The notes beneath the pieces are model-generated. The model had not been told where the DNA came from, did not search any database, and was given only the letters and a program-made list of their open reading frames with translations. From Octopus bimaculoides (Eukaryota): a stretch of DNA of 47,195 bases. Each line of letters opens with the position of its first letter. The first letter of the stretch is position 1. Below, one piece after another: positions 9,972 to 22,820 of this stretch. The position numbers and the translations under genes are program-made. The stretch is from positions 12,233,788 to 12,280,982 of the forward strand of contig NC_068995.1 in NCBI RefSeq assembly GCF_001194135.2, given 5' to 3'.

Positions 9972-11646
9972 ATAAGTGTACTCTATCAGCTTAAACCTGT
10001 ACCTAAAGTCAATTCAATATACCCACTTCCTTAAAGACGATTTATTCGACTCGTTTAATCATCGAAAGCTTTGCGTTGCGCTACTCATTCCAGGTCTCTA
10101 CGCCTTGAATTAAATTTCACTGAAGTCAGCTCTGCCTTTGATTCTTTCAGAGTTGCAAATATAGTATCGCTCCTGCCAGGAATCCATTCTTCTCGATCTT
10201 GTTTTCTTGCTGTCTGTCTGTTTCTCTCTTACACTTTGTAGAAGAAAGAAAGATAGATAGAAAGAAAGATAGATAGAAAGAAAGATGAAGAGAGATATGC
10301 GTTCAGTCAGGCCTAAAACACACAGCACATGCCGTATGGCACGTTGGAAACGCAAGCACCCCTCCGTCCCATTGAAGTGTTAAGAGCAAAACAAAGCAAA
10401 ATAAGGGCCATCTCCTTTCCAGATATAAATCACTATAATTTATTTGATATTCAATTTGTTCTTCCATACATTTTTCAGTAGTTGTTTCGTCAGTCGGTGT
10501 TTTCACTACTCACTATAATACAATATAGTTGTGTGAAGCAAGGCTTGAAAATCAGAGAGAAAACGATCAATTTTATAAACCTTAATGGGACATAAATTAC
10601 ATTACCGAATAATGATTCATTAACTAGTGTGTTGTGGGTATCTCAGGCGTACCATGACAGGTCTCCAAGAGATGCGAACCATTGTCACGGAGTAAGTCCT
10701 AAACATAGCTTAACACCTCCAATATGGCGGTTCTATGAGGCAAAGTAGGCAAAAATATTACATAGCGATTGCAGCTAATTGACGAATAGACGTGCAATAA
10801 TTCCTTTAAATATTCCATTAGCAGTTTTGAATCATAACTGGGAGGTAGGTTAGCACCGACTCAACGAGGGTCCGTCTTTTTCTTTTGTTTTTTCTTTCAC
10901 AAGGATTTCGAGTTGCGATATCTTTGTTCCCTAGGGTATGGAACACATTAGTTGGGAGTGTCGTGGTGTTTTATATATAAATTACACACTTGATACAAAT
11001 ATATATATATCAGTAATGATGTCGCGAACCTTAAATATAGGGACAAGGATGGCACGGTTGGAAAATGAACAACAAAAAAAAACAAAAAACGTGTGAGTCC
11101 ATTACTCTCTGCCGTAGTCTCATTTGCTAGAAACAGAAAGAAAACTTTCCGCAAATTACACACCTACTGTCTTAAAACATAAAAACGCCACCAAGAATGT
11201 AATCCCTGATATATACATACATAAATACATACATACATACTTACATATATATGTATATACATTTACATATATGGGTACAGGACGTCATATAAGACCCATG
11301 CATATATANNNNNNNNNNNNNNNNNNNNNNNNNNNNNNNNNNNNNNNNNNNNNNNNNNNNNNNNNNNNNNNNNNNNNNNNNNNNNNNNNNNNNNNNNNNN
11401 NNNNNNNNNNNNNNNNNNNNNNNNNNNNNNNNNNNNNNNNNNNNNNNNNNNNNNNNNNNNNNNNNNNNNNNNNNNNNNNNNNNNNNNNNNNNNNNNNNNN
11501 NNNNNNNNNNNNNNNNNNNNNNNTATATATATATATACATATCTTTCTCGAACATACTTAGCGAAATATATATATATATATATATATGTGTTATTTATAT
11601 TATTATATAATCGAACGCCACGCCCTCCATTTCCAAATACGTTTAT

Positions 11647-11688
<42 letters not shown>

Positions 11689-12453
11689 ATATAATGACGG
11701 AGCTCTAGCGTCTTCCGATGAAGATGGACCGCGGGCTCAGCAGAAACAACAATAACAACCTCAACAACAGCAGCAAAATCTTTCTCGAACATACTTAGCG
11801 AAATAACCATAGGACGACACCACCACCACTACTACTAACTAGCAGCAAGTTTTTGCAAAACCATGTGGTACACATTTACAGCTTCTTAGGTTTCAGGATC
11901 GATTTTTAACGTTTTGGCGACGACAGACACACAATGAAGTAACGATAATAGGATACGAACTGTCATTCTCTAAATGTTCTTCTCTTTCGTTTCGTACTCT
12001 ATCCATCTCAGCCACTCAATTACATATCACCTCCCGGCACTCTCCCAATTGCACATAACAATATTGCTTAAATGGAAACGTGAAAGATGGAGCTAGAAGT
12101 ACAGCCATATTTATTATCGCCATTGCTTCATTTAATTATATCATTTTATATATTGTCCTTCTTATACATGTCTTGTAGTCCTTTTTATTTGTTGTTGTAT
12201 TTTATATATTTTATCAGCTTTGTCATTGTTTCATTATATTTCATTATCGCAGCCATTATCATTAACGACATTGTTTTATGATATTTTATCTTCGTGAGAT
12301 ATTAAGTAATGCCATTGTCGTTGTTTCACATCATTCGACATCAAACTTCATTTGCCTGTGTTTCTCCTTCTTTTCTTCGACTTCTTTTATTTCTCTCGTT
12401 CCTCGCGTCTTCGCAAAGTCTCATACCGGTAATGAGGCCGAAGACGATAACGA

Positions 12454-12918
12454 TGATGATGTTGATGATGATGATGATNNNNNNNNNNNNNNNNNNNNNN
12501 NNNNNNNNNNNNNNNNNNNNNNNNNNNNNNNNNNNNNNNNNNNNNNNNNNNNNNNNNNNNNNNNNNNNNNNNNNNNNNNNNNNNNNNNNNNNNNNNNNNN
12601 NNNNNNNNNNNNNNNNNNNNNNNNNNNNNNNNNNNNNNNNNNNNNNNNNNNNNNNNNNNNNNNNNNNNNNNNNNNNNNNNNNNNNNNNNNNNNNNNNNNN
12701 NNNNNNNNNNNNNNNNNNNAGTAAAAATGATGATGATGATGATGAGGAGGAGGAGGAGGAGGAGGAGGAGGAGGAGGACGACGACGAGGAGGAGGAGGAG
12801 GACGACGAGGAGGAGGAGGACGACGAGGAGGAGGACGAGGACGAGGACGAGGAGGAGGACGAGGAGGAGGTAGAAGAGGGTGAATGGTGATGAGGATGAT
12901 GACGACGATGATGATGAT
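12454..12918. repeat. Compound (GAT)/(GAG)/(GAC) microsatellite spanning a gap
   Basis: Seen directly; it produces spurious poly-D/E, poly-P and poly-L ORFs. Confidence 0.95.
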
Positions 12919-14004
12919 AAAGACTTGCAACTAGACTTCAGTCTTCGAGCCATGGAGCCTGAGCCGCCGCAAATGTTTCAAACAAAGATTCCCCTGTAAG
13001 AAAACGATATTGATTATAGTGAAAGCTAAAAGAAGATAATTCCACTGATCCATGTGCACTTAGATTGTTAAAAGCGAACTTTTTCATTCACTTGCGTGGA
13101 AGGTAGTTTATTAGTTACAACCAATTAAGCCGTTATCATACTGCTTCAGTGTATGTACGGTTAGTGACTTTATACAGAAGCATTTGCTGAATGCGACATT
13201 ATGATAACTCTAGGCAAACCACTCGATTGTAAATCATCCAACTGCATTAAGAACTTTCAATAATTTGCTATTTTTACCATAAGGCATTGTTTTAGACGGA
13301 GGTGGAATTATCTAAAGAATTTCGAAACTTTACTGTAACATTTCTAGCTGTACCGAACTGAAACAAGTATCATAAAAATCAGCGAAATATTCTCCAGTAG
13401 TAAATGATTTCAGAAAATTTAATAAATCTACGATGTAATTACAGTTAAAGCATTCCTTTAATATACCCTCTGGTCTTTCGTTCTACTGTTCATTATAGTG
13501 TTATTTATATTAACTTAGAAGTAGTTAATGCTGCCTTTGTTGGTTTGGCCAGTGTTGTTATATTACTTTATATTATCAACCCACTCGTATGAAACCTAGA
13601 TTTAAAAGGGAAACTTTCAGAATCTTCCATTCTATACAGGGTTGTTTCAACTTGATGTAAACAGCTCTTTATTTTTAGAAGGGTTTCTAACTTCCCCTTC
13701 AATTGACAAGGGAATTAATATAATGTATACGAAGATGTCTTCAATTAGAAACTGAAATCAGCCGAGTAGTGGATTCAATCTAAAGGGAATACGCCACGTT
13801 TCTATTATAGTCTCGCGTAAAAGAGAATTCTTCAGAAGCATATCATGATTTAAGGCTATGAAGTGAAAGAGAAAGTAAAGTTCGTAATCTCAATACCCTA
13901 ATCTAGATACTTTCGCGTTTTTTTTCCCTACTTTCAAAGTTCAAATTCCACTTGCATAGATTTTGTATTGTAATCCTAAATCTCCGGGATCAATGAATTA
14001 TCAA

Positions 14005-14172
14005 CATTGCCATCCTCGGGCATGAGCACACGGGGATATCGCCCAGGGGTCTCTTAGGTTTAGGGCCTAATTCTATGTTTCATTTCCTTTGTTGTCAATA
14101 AATAAATACTATAGGGTTCCGCTCATTAACTTGTCCGGGGTCGGGGAATACAATGCTGCTAAGACGGCGCTG
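14005..14172. mobile_element. Possible degenerate hAT-like MITE
   Basis: GC-rich island. Right end ctaagacggcgctg; left end cattgccatcctcg matches its reverse complement at only 9/14 positions. No TSD seen. Confidence 0.3.
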
Positions 14173-14523
14173 AATACCTGTAATACACTGGTTTCGATTC
14201 AATCATCTAAATGCTTCATCTGAGTAATTCGAGTCAACGAAAGACTCGGAATGCGTTCGCTCGAAACTGCTAGATATAACAGCACAGTATTCCTCGATTT
14301 ATACATTATTGTCTTATAGAAAGGAAAAACACAATAGATCATGGTAATATAAAAAGACAAGACGGTCACGGTTGAAACGCCTCTGACCATTGTACTACTA
14401 GATCGGGGTGGGGGTATATTTGGAGCTAAACAATAATAACTGCAACAACATACAATGATGACACCATCGATGGCGATGACGACGGCGTTAAGAACCTGAA
14501 TAACCACAATAGTAGCAATTTCG

Positions 14524-14865
14524 ATGACGACGATGACAAAGACAACAGCAACAGCAACAACAATAACACGAAGAAGAAGAAGAAGAAGAAGAAGAAGAAG
14601 AAGAAGAAGAAGAAGAAGAAGAAGAAGAAGAAGAAGAAGAAGAAGAAGAAGAAGAAGAAGAAGAACCACAACAACAACAACAACAACAACAATAGCAGCG
14701 ACATCGACGAAAGCGATGACGATGACAACAACAACAACAACAGCAACAAAGACGAATCCAATAAGAGCTAAGAAAAAGAAGCAACAACAACAAAAACATC
14801 GACAACAAAGCAAGAACAGTGGCAAGAACAACAACAACAACAGCATCAACAACAACAAAAAGCAG
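14524..14865. repeat. Compound (GAA)n/(AAC)n/(GAC) microsatellite
   Basis: Pure GAA run about 14570-14664, flanked by CAA/GAC-rich degenerate repeats. Confidence 0.95.
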
Positions 14866-15259
14866 CCAATAGTAATTCTTGAAATGGGAGTTGGAAGATA
14901 TTCTACAACGTCAGACTAAAAGCCTTATTGTTTGCTCTTTTGCATTGAAATTCCAATGAAATCGATTTAAATCCACCATCAGAAAATATGCAAGGATTGA
15001 AAATAAAAAAAATAAAAAAAACAAGCAAAAACATAGAAAGAAGAAGCATAAAGAACATTAATCCATAAATGAGTAATGGAAGGAGTTAGCTGAAATTGCA
15101 AAGAAACGCATTAAATGTTTTACAGTTGTTGGTATTTAGCCCCAGTTCAGGAATGAGTGAGCATAAGCATGATCAAGGACCTTCTGGATATGATCATCGT
15201 GTGTTTTTTTCATTCAGTCACTCCGTTTAAGACTAATTATTATCCAATCTACGTTAAGT

Positions 15260-15460
15260 AATGAGCTGGCTGAATCATTAAGGAACTTTGGACAAAATGA
15301 ATAAAGCATTTAAAAAATTTTCTGGCTTCTTATCTTCTAATTTCTAATTCCCTTGCATTTCGCCCTTCAGGGGTCGATAAAACTCATTGAATACCGGAGT
15401 CAATGTAATCAGCTTGTTCTCTCCACTCAGAATTGCTGGCATTGTGCCAAAATCAGAAAG
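15260..15460 (+). mobile_element. Highly degenerate family A2 SINE
   Basis: gagctggctgaatcatta...cccttcaggggtcgataaaa...ggcattgtgccaaaatcagaaag. Confidence 0.55.
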
Positions 15461-15923
15461 TATTACTATCCAATATGTTACCCGAATATCTTGCTATCTG
15501 AGCCTGATTTAACTGTTATTTGTTGCGAGTTGATAAATTGCGTTCGAGGAGTTGCTGAAAATTTCCTACCTTTGGCCAAAACAAAATACAGGAAGATCAG
15601 TTCATTATGATTTAATTAAACATATTACTCCCTCAGATTCACACACTGATTGCAACGGCCCCTCAAGCTAGGGCTCTTACCAAAGCAAGTCTTCATAAGC
15701 CGGATATGATGTACTTGGCGGTGTTCTTCCATAAATAACTAATTCTAACACGGACCAAATCCAGTTAAATATGTAATATGTCGATCAGCAGCATTTAATT
15801 AGTATTTATTTTATCGACCTAAGAGTAAGGTGGGATCTCGAAACATCAACTAAATACCACAAGGTATTTTGTGTGTCACTTCGTTCTTTCTGTTATACAC
15901 CGCCATTTCCTTCGTAAATAATG

Positions 15924-16127
15924 GTTTCAAATTTTAATACCAAATCAGCAATTTTGGGGGAATTGATAAGCGGATTACATCGATCTAAGTGCTCAACTGG
16001 TACATATTTTATCGATCCTGAAAGAATGAAAGACAATTTCGACCTCGGTGGAATCTGAACGTAAAGACAGGCGAAATGCCGCTTAGCATTTGGCCCGGCT
16101 TACTAACGATTCTGACAGGTTACCGGT
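15924..16127 (-). mobile_element. SINE family A2
   Basis: ggtttcaaatttt...gattacatcgatc...ctggtacatattttatcgatcctgaaagaatgaaag...gaaatgccgcttagca. Confidence 0.8.
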
Positions 16128-17039
16128 TTTTCTTTTTTGATAAATAGTATAGCACCCTACATCATACAACGGGAATATTATAACAGTAAACAGGGAAATG
16201 TTATTTAATAAAGTTAATTGTGCAAAGAATACGATTCTTTTCCTTCGTTGTACATTGTTATATATTCTGGTTTGTGAGTAATACAGATATAATAGTCAGA
16301 TAAGTTCAGTGGAGATGAGAAGAAATTCGAAATCGTTGTACACAAATATATTAATGATAACGAATATATGAACTGGATGAGTACGACGTTGAAACAATTA
16401 TATTTGTGAAATAAAAAATAATAATAGATGTATCATTCATAATGGAGCTGGTTCATAAGAACTGATTGTTTTTCTTTTCGGTTCAAATAATATATTTAAA
16501 GACCTTCATTATGTATAAACTAAAAGCAGGTTCATGATGCTAATTCAAGTGTTGTGAAGGTTGCTTTGAAAAAATCGATAAGTATTTTGGAATAGAGTGC
16601 ACATGTAGATGTAGATGAGGAGCGTAGATAGCTGTAGATAACTAAAGAAATAGTCTGTATGTGAGCGGCTTGTCGATCGACCTGCTAAAGTCAATAGCTA
16701 AATCAGTCTGAAATCACACGATTCATCGCCTTAGAACAAGTAAAATTGCTAGTGTTGGATGTTTGACAAAACGTACTGTGTGGTCAAGATAGGAACACAC
16801 CTGGGTTCATAACAACAGCAACAAACTTTACATTTTGGCCCTGACCAAAACATTTAATTCCTAAACTCTATACGTAGCACTGAGGTCGATAAGCATATAG
16901 GAGTGCTTTTACGTGGTCACTCGCCCTGCGAGAAATAGCAATCAGAAGTCTCTCGCAAATCTTATATTACCACCATAAGTAAAGCATAAAGCGTAAAGAC
17001 TCTTTCGATCATGAATAACCATGAGATTACCCCTAGAAA

Positions 17040-17312
17040 GGGGTAATCTGAGGCACAAGTCCGGGCAAGGTTGTAAATGGAAGACCAGCAGTCGCCCATT
17101 CATACCACGCCACCGATGTCATGCAAGGAAAAGGCAAAGGCCAATACAGCTTGGCACCAATGACGTCGGAACATATTTTTACAGCTGAGTGAACTGGTGC
17201 AACGTGAAATAAAATATCTTGCTCAAGAACACAATACACAGCCCTGTCCGGGAATCGAACTCATTACCTCATCATTGTGAACCCGATGCTCTAACCACTA
17301 AGCCATGCGCCT
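17040..17312 (-). mobile_element. SINE family D with alternative tail
   Basis: Head and core as at 9830-9971, but the tail (rc acaaccttgcccggacttgtgcctc) differs from the 9740-9830 tail. Confidence 0.8.
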
Positions 17313-17554
17313 TTATACTGGAATTTCTAATCCTAGAAAAGGTAGAGACGAGATATCAATGGACAGATTAGATTTGATTAAAAGTTTGGTCAGTCAACGA
17401 TGCCTATGAGGTCTGAGCAACGAAGGCATTGGTCATGTTGGGGCTAGAGTAGGAGACACTTGTCTAAGTTGCACCGTAATAGAACTTTATACAAAACGAC
17501 TGTGTTGTAACAGGGTGCAACCACAAAGACATGCCTCGTATTTCACGCACCAGT

Positions 17555-17975
17555 AAGCCGACGAACTGGCAGAAGAGTTAACGTGATGGACGACTTACTT
17601 AGCGCCACTTTTCTCCGTTTTTACGTTCTGAGTTCAAATTCAATTGAGGTCAAATTTACCGTTCATATTTTCGGGCTCGATTAAAAAATGTAGCACTCGC
17701 GTACTCGGGTCGATGCTATCGAATAACCACCCGACCCCTTGTAAATTTTCAGACTTTGTGCCCATAGCAGAAAGGATTAATTTAAGCAAATGCAAGGCGG
17801 CGGGCTAGCAGAACTGCTGACACGCAAGACCAAAAACTTAGCAGTATTTCGCCCGTCTTTACGTTTTGAGTTCAAATTCCACCGTGATCAACTTCGTGTT
17901 TCATTCTTTTAGGGTCGACGAAATAAATTCCACTGTCGTTCTGAGAGCGATGTTTCGATAGTACAAAGGATTATT
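17555..17975 (+). mobile_element. Two tandem degenerate family A2 SINEs
   Basis: Both contain ttacgtt(c/t)tgagttcaaattc and a gggtcga-like core. Confidence 0.75.
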
Positions 17976-18354
17976 TTATGCAATGGTTTCATAGAAGGAA
18001 ATTTGAATTCAAGATATTAATAGGTCTTTGGGAGAGCTAAATAGAAAAAAACAAATGAGGAAGACGGTAAGAACTATGGAAGGTCAGAAAATGAATCTGT
18101 ATTGATGTAAACGTTTGGTGCGAGGGGGATCGTTTTATACTAATCTGTATTTCGTATAGAATTTGGCTGAAACATTGCATCAAAATAGATAATATTACAA
18201 TATTCCTGCGATCATATTCACTATGAATTCAACAGACACACAGACACAAAATGGACACACAAACATATATAGCAATATGCTATTCTGTTATTCCTCTCAG
18301 TTATAATATAAAATTCGTTCGTCGAAAAATATCTGTCAATCAAGTAGTAGGCGA

Positions 18355-18465
18355 TGACGGAAGTTGTATAAGGTGTATGACGTAGGATTACGTAAATGTG
18401 TGACGTAAGATCTTGTGTAAGTTTTAACTGGAATACTGTTAACAACGCCAACTAATATAGCCAAT
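18355..18465. promoter_or_regulatory. Cluster of bZIP/CRE-like, ETS and CCAAT motifs
   Basis: TGACGGAAGT 18355, TGACGTAG 18378, TTACGTAA 18388, TGACGTAA 18401, CCAAT 18461. Motif matches only. Confidence 0.3.
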
Positions 18466-18945
18466 GGGAATATAGTCATTAATAAAACAGAAAATGTGAT
18501 ATAATCACAATGTTAATGAGAAAATGGACATAACAATCAAGTAGAGTCGGTTACAAATATTGCCTCAATTCACTTTCGATAGCTTCTTAATATCTACGGT
18601 GATGAGGAGAGAAAATATAATAGTATATTATATAAGCGCATACACACACGCACGCATATATGAAATTATAAGTGTCAAGTATATAAGTGTAGGAATTTAG
18701 TAAGTTTCGAGTAGTCTGTCGTACAGGAACAGTAATAATGGATGGACTTCTAAGATTATAGTCTTTGCCCATATCGAAGTTCGATAAACTGAAAAAATTA
18801 TCTTGTAGCTCGAGGTTAGCAACTTCTGTTGCTATGAAGGCAGATAAAAATCCATATGCAGTGAGTGGAGCAGGTAAAATAGAAGCTACATATGTTTCCT
18901 AGCTAGCAGAGTAACCATTTCACCAGATCTGCTAGCTAGAAAGCA

Positions 18946-18985
<40 letters not shown>

Positions 18986-21975
18986 AAAGAGACATTGAAA
19001 ACTGAGGTAATAATCTCACTTTGCCTAAGCATAATATATATATTTCTTTATTTATATTTCGCTTACGTAAAGTGAGATTATCACCTCAATATGCAATACC
19101 TCCGTTTATATATATATNNNNNNNNNNNNNNNNNNNNNNNNNNNNNNNNNNNNNNNNNNNNNNNNNNNNNNNNNNNNNNNNNNNNNNNNNNNNNNNNNNN
19201 NNNNNNNNNNNNNNNNNNNNNNNNNNNNNNNNNNNNNNNNNNNNNNNNNNNNNNNNNNNNNNNNNNNNNNNNNNNNNNNNNNNNNNNNNNNNNNNNNNNN
19301 NNNNNNNNNNNNNNNNNNNNNNNNNNNNNNNNNNNNNNNNNNNNNNNNNNNNNNNNNNNNNNNNNNNNNNNNNNNNNNNNNNNNNNNNNNNNNNNNNNNN
19401 NNNNNNNNNNNNNNNNNNNNNNNNNNNNNNNNNNNNNNNNNNNNNNNNNNNNNNNNNNNNNNNNNNNNNNNNNNNNNNNNNNNNNNNNNNNNNNNNNNNN
19501 NNNNNNNNNNNNNNNNNNNNNNNNNNNNNNNNNNNNNNNNNNNNNNNNNNNNNNNNNNNNNNNNNNNNNNNNNNNNNNNNNNNNNNNNNNNNNNNNNNNN
19601 NNNATATATATACATATATATATATATATACACACACAAATGTATATGTGAATATACTCTGCATATATTTATTTGCATACGTATACAAACCATATGTGTA
19701 TATAATACATACGTAGATATTAATGTACATATATATATATATATTTGTATGAATATTTATGTATACGTATGCGTAGGTGCGCGCATGTGTGTGAATATCT
19801 AGGTTTGATGTTTATCTTCATCAATATTTCCTCTTATTTATTGCTATTATTCAACGAAATTTTGCACACAAAATATAACAGAAAGAGAATGCTTTAAATC
19901 TATTAAGCATTCGAAAAAAAAAAACGAAACAAAGCAGCGTTGCTACGTTCCATTGACATTCATATCGGCAGACATTGTGTCTAGATTTTGCTTCATTTGA
20001 AATGTTTCGAAAAACAAACTCTTATCTGAGGATACTTATTAGAATGCGAAATATGTAGGATTTTTTCCCTGTCTCCATTCTTCAAATGTTTGTAACAACA
20101 TTAGCTTTTTACCCTTAAGCTTTGTCATTTATATTTTATCGCTTGTATACGCTTAATTCTTGTATCAATTTCCAATTTCTTTATAAATATCTAATACTTA
20201 TTAGTTTCTTTTTTGGAATACTGTAGTCCAACAGTACATGGGGCAATAACGTGTAATTTTTATTTAACGAGCTATTACAGATTCTTAATTTATATAAAAA
20301 TGAAAAAATAATGAGATAAATCACTCGAGAAAGTATTTGAATAATTATTAAATTCTAGTATCAAGCATTTCTGCAGGTAATTTCTTCTACTATTATTTCA
20401 CAGCGTCTATTTAGCAATAGGAATTACTACGCAATTATATAAGCATTTGCAATTACGACTCTGATACCTGCTGTAATTGTCAATAAGACACATTAAGCTA
20501 CACTGTCACCTGAATTTGATATTTATATTACTGGGTCATAACAATAAAATGAAGAACTCATTTCACACATCTCTACCAATTCTCTTTATTTGTTTTGTAT
20601 ATTTTCCAGTAGAAATATTTTTCTCTGTTTGGATATTTGAATAGAAAAAAATAACAAGACATTATATTTGAAAACAAAACTGTTCCTATATAAATACATC
20701 AATGAGAATTTTCCTGAAATTATCTTAGAATATGCATCTTACTGTATCGAATTACTGCCGTAACTAGCTTTAGCTTGTACTATGTTTTAGTGACTTTTCG
20801 ATGAGAAACATAATTCTAAAATATTCTTTAATTATACAAAAGAATTCACCAACGAAAAACTGCTTTGAACGAATTTATTCTGTCTTATTTATTACATTTT
20901 TAAAAACTTTTGGAAGACTATATGCAGCAAAACCTAAAATTGGCATTGCAAATTGGTGATTTTTCATTCAGTCAAGAATTTAATTTTGTACAAAAATAAT
21001 ATAACCATCGTTGTGTTTCCAATATATGATTCCATAGTCATTTTTAGATATCTATTTTTCTTCGGCGAATACAATTTATGGAAATAACTTTTCTTTATTC
21101 CTCAGCATCACGTTCATACGATCTAAAAATGTAGCGAGTTTGTCAGCTTATTTCATAAANNNNNNNNNNNNNNNNNNNNNNNNNNNNNNNNNNNNNNNNN
21201 NNNNNNNNNNNNNNNNNNNNNNNNNNNNNNNNNNNNNNNNNNNNNNNNNNNNNNNNNNNNNNNNNNNNNNNNNNNNNNNNNNNNNNNNNNNNNNNNNNNN
21301 NNNNNNNNNNNNNNNNNNNNNNNNNNNNNNNNNNNNNNNNNNNNNNNNNNNNNNNNNNNNNNNNNNNNNNNNNNNNNNNNNNNNNNNNNNNNNNNNNNNN
21401 NNNNNNNNNNNNNNNNNNNNNNNNNNNNNNNNNNNNNNNNNNNNNNNNNNNNNNNNNNNNNNNNNNNNNNNNNNNNNNNNNNNNNNNNNNNNNNNNNNNN
21501 NNNNNNNNNNNNNNNNNNNNNNNNNNNNNNNNNNNNNNNNNNNNNNNNNNNNNNNNNNNNNNNNNNNNNNNNNNNNNNNNNNNNNNNNNNNNNNNNNNNN
21601 NNNNNNNNNNNNNNNNNNNNNNNNNNNNNNNNNNNNNNNNNNNNNNNNNNNNNNNNNNNNNNNNNNNNNNNNNNNNNNNNNNNNNNNNNNNNNNNNNNNN
21701 NNNNNNNNNNNNNNNNNNNNNNNNNNNNNNNNNNNNNNNNNNNNNNNNNNNNNNNNNNNNNNNNNNNNNNNNNNNNNNNNNNNNNNNNNNNNNNNNNNNN
21801 NNNNNNNNNNNNNNNNNNNNNNNNNNNNNNNNNNNNNNNNNNNNNNNNNNNNNNNNNNNNNNNNNNNNNNNNNNNNNNNTATATCTGTGTATGTCTGTAT
21901 ATATATGTTTATATATATATATATATATATATATATCAGGTACATATATTATATGTACAATATGTACTGTATGGA

Positions 21976-22013
<38 letters not shown>

Positions 22014-22737
22014 TACATAATTAAGTGTAAAATGTAATAAAAGATGAGCTTTCTATAAACGATAATAAAAGGATCCGGGGAAGATAAATCATGTATAAAT
22101 GATGAACCAGGAGAATTTCACAGACGCCAGAATTTTAAGGAAGGTTTCTATAATTATCTGCATGATATAAAATATTCTGCGAGAGGCTTTCGTACATTAC
22201 AATATAGTAGCCTTACGCGAAGAATGGATAAAATATCTTGTTACATTATTATATAGCCTGGTTTCGATTCTAATAATGCATTAAATTGTATCGGATATTC
22301 TCTTCGAGATCCCAAACCTATCTCGATAAAGCTGTCGCTGAGGTTTTTTAAATTTCTAAATGAAACGGTATTTTGTCCGTTGAAGTGTAGAAGTTTAAGA
22401 TTTCCTGCTAAACATTAATATGCGCAAAGAATTCTAAAGTAGTTTCTATTGATAATGATTTTACAACGGTTCTCTGCATACATGTGTGTGTGTGTGCAGA
22501 GGGGTTAAATTACAGGACTCAATACAGGTGTAGTATTCATTAGTCAACACGAGGATTTGTAGAACATAGCCACCCAAGGCAACATACAGTGAAATTGAAC
22601 CCGTAGTCATATATTTGCAAAGCAAGCTGCATAAGCACACCGGCAGGTCTGCATCTATATATTATTTACACAACACAAATACACACACACACACATACAC
22701 ACACATCACACATAGACAGAGAGGGTAGATAGATACA

Positions 22738-22768
<31 letters not shown>

Positions 22769-22820
22769 NNNNNNNNNNNNNNNNNNNNNNNNNNNNNNNN
22801 NNNNNNNNNNNNNNNATATA

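Noticed and set aside
12278-12953. Long acidic, poly-Pro and poly-Leu ORFs
   Set aside because: Trinucleotide microsatellite plus N-gap. The acidic frame ends at a stop at 12888-12890, and no domain or splice support was seen.
14199-14919. 219-aa hydrophobic and poly-Arg ORFs
   Set aside because: Translations of (GAA)n/(AAC)n repeats that are open in several frames on both strands.
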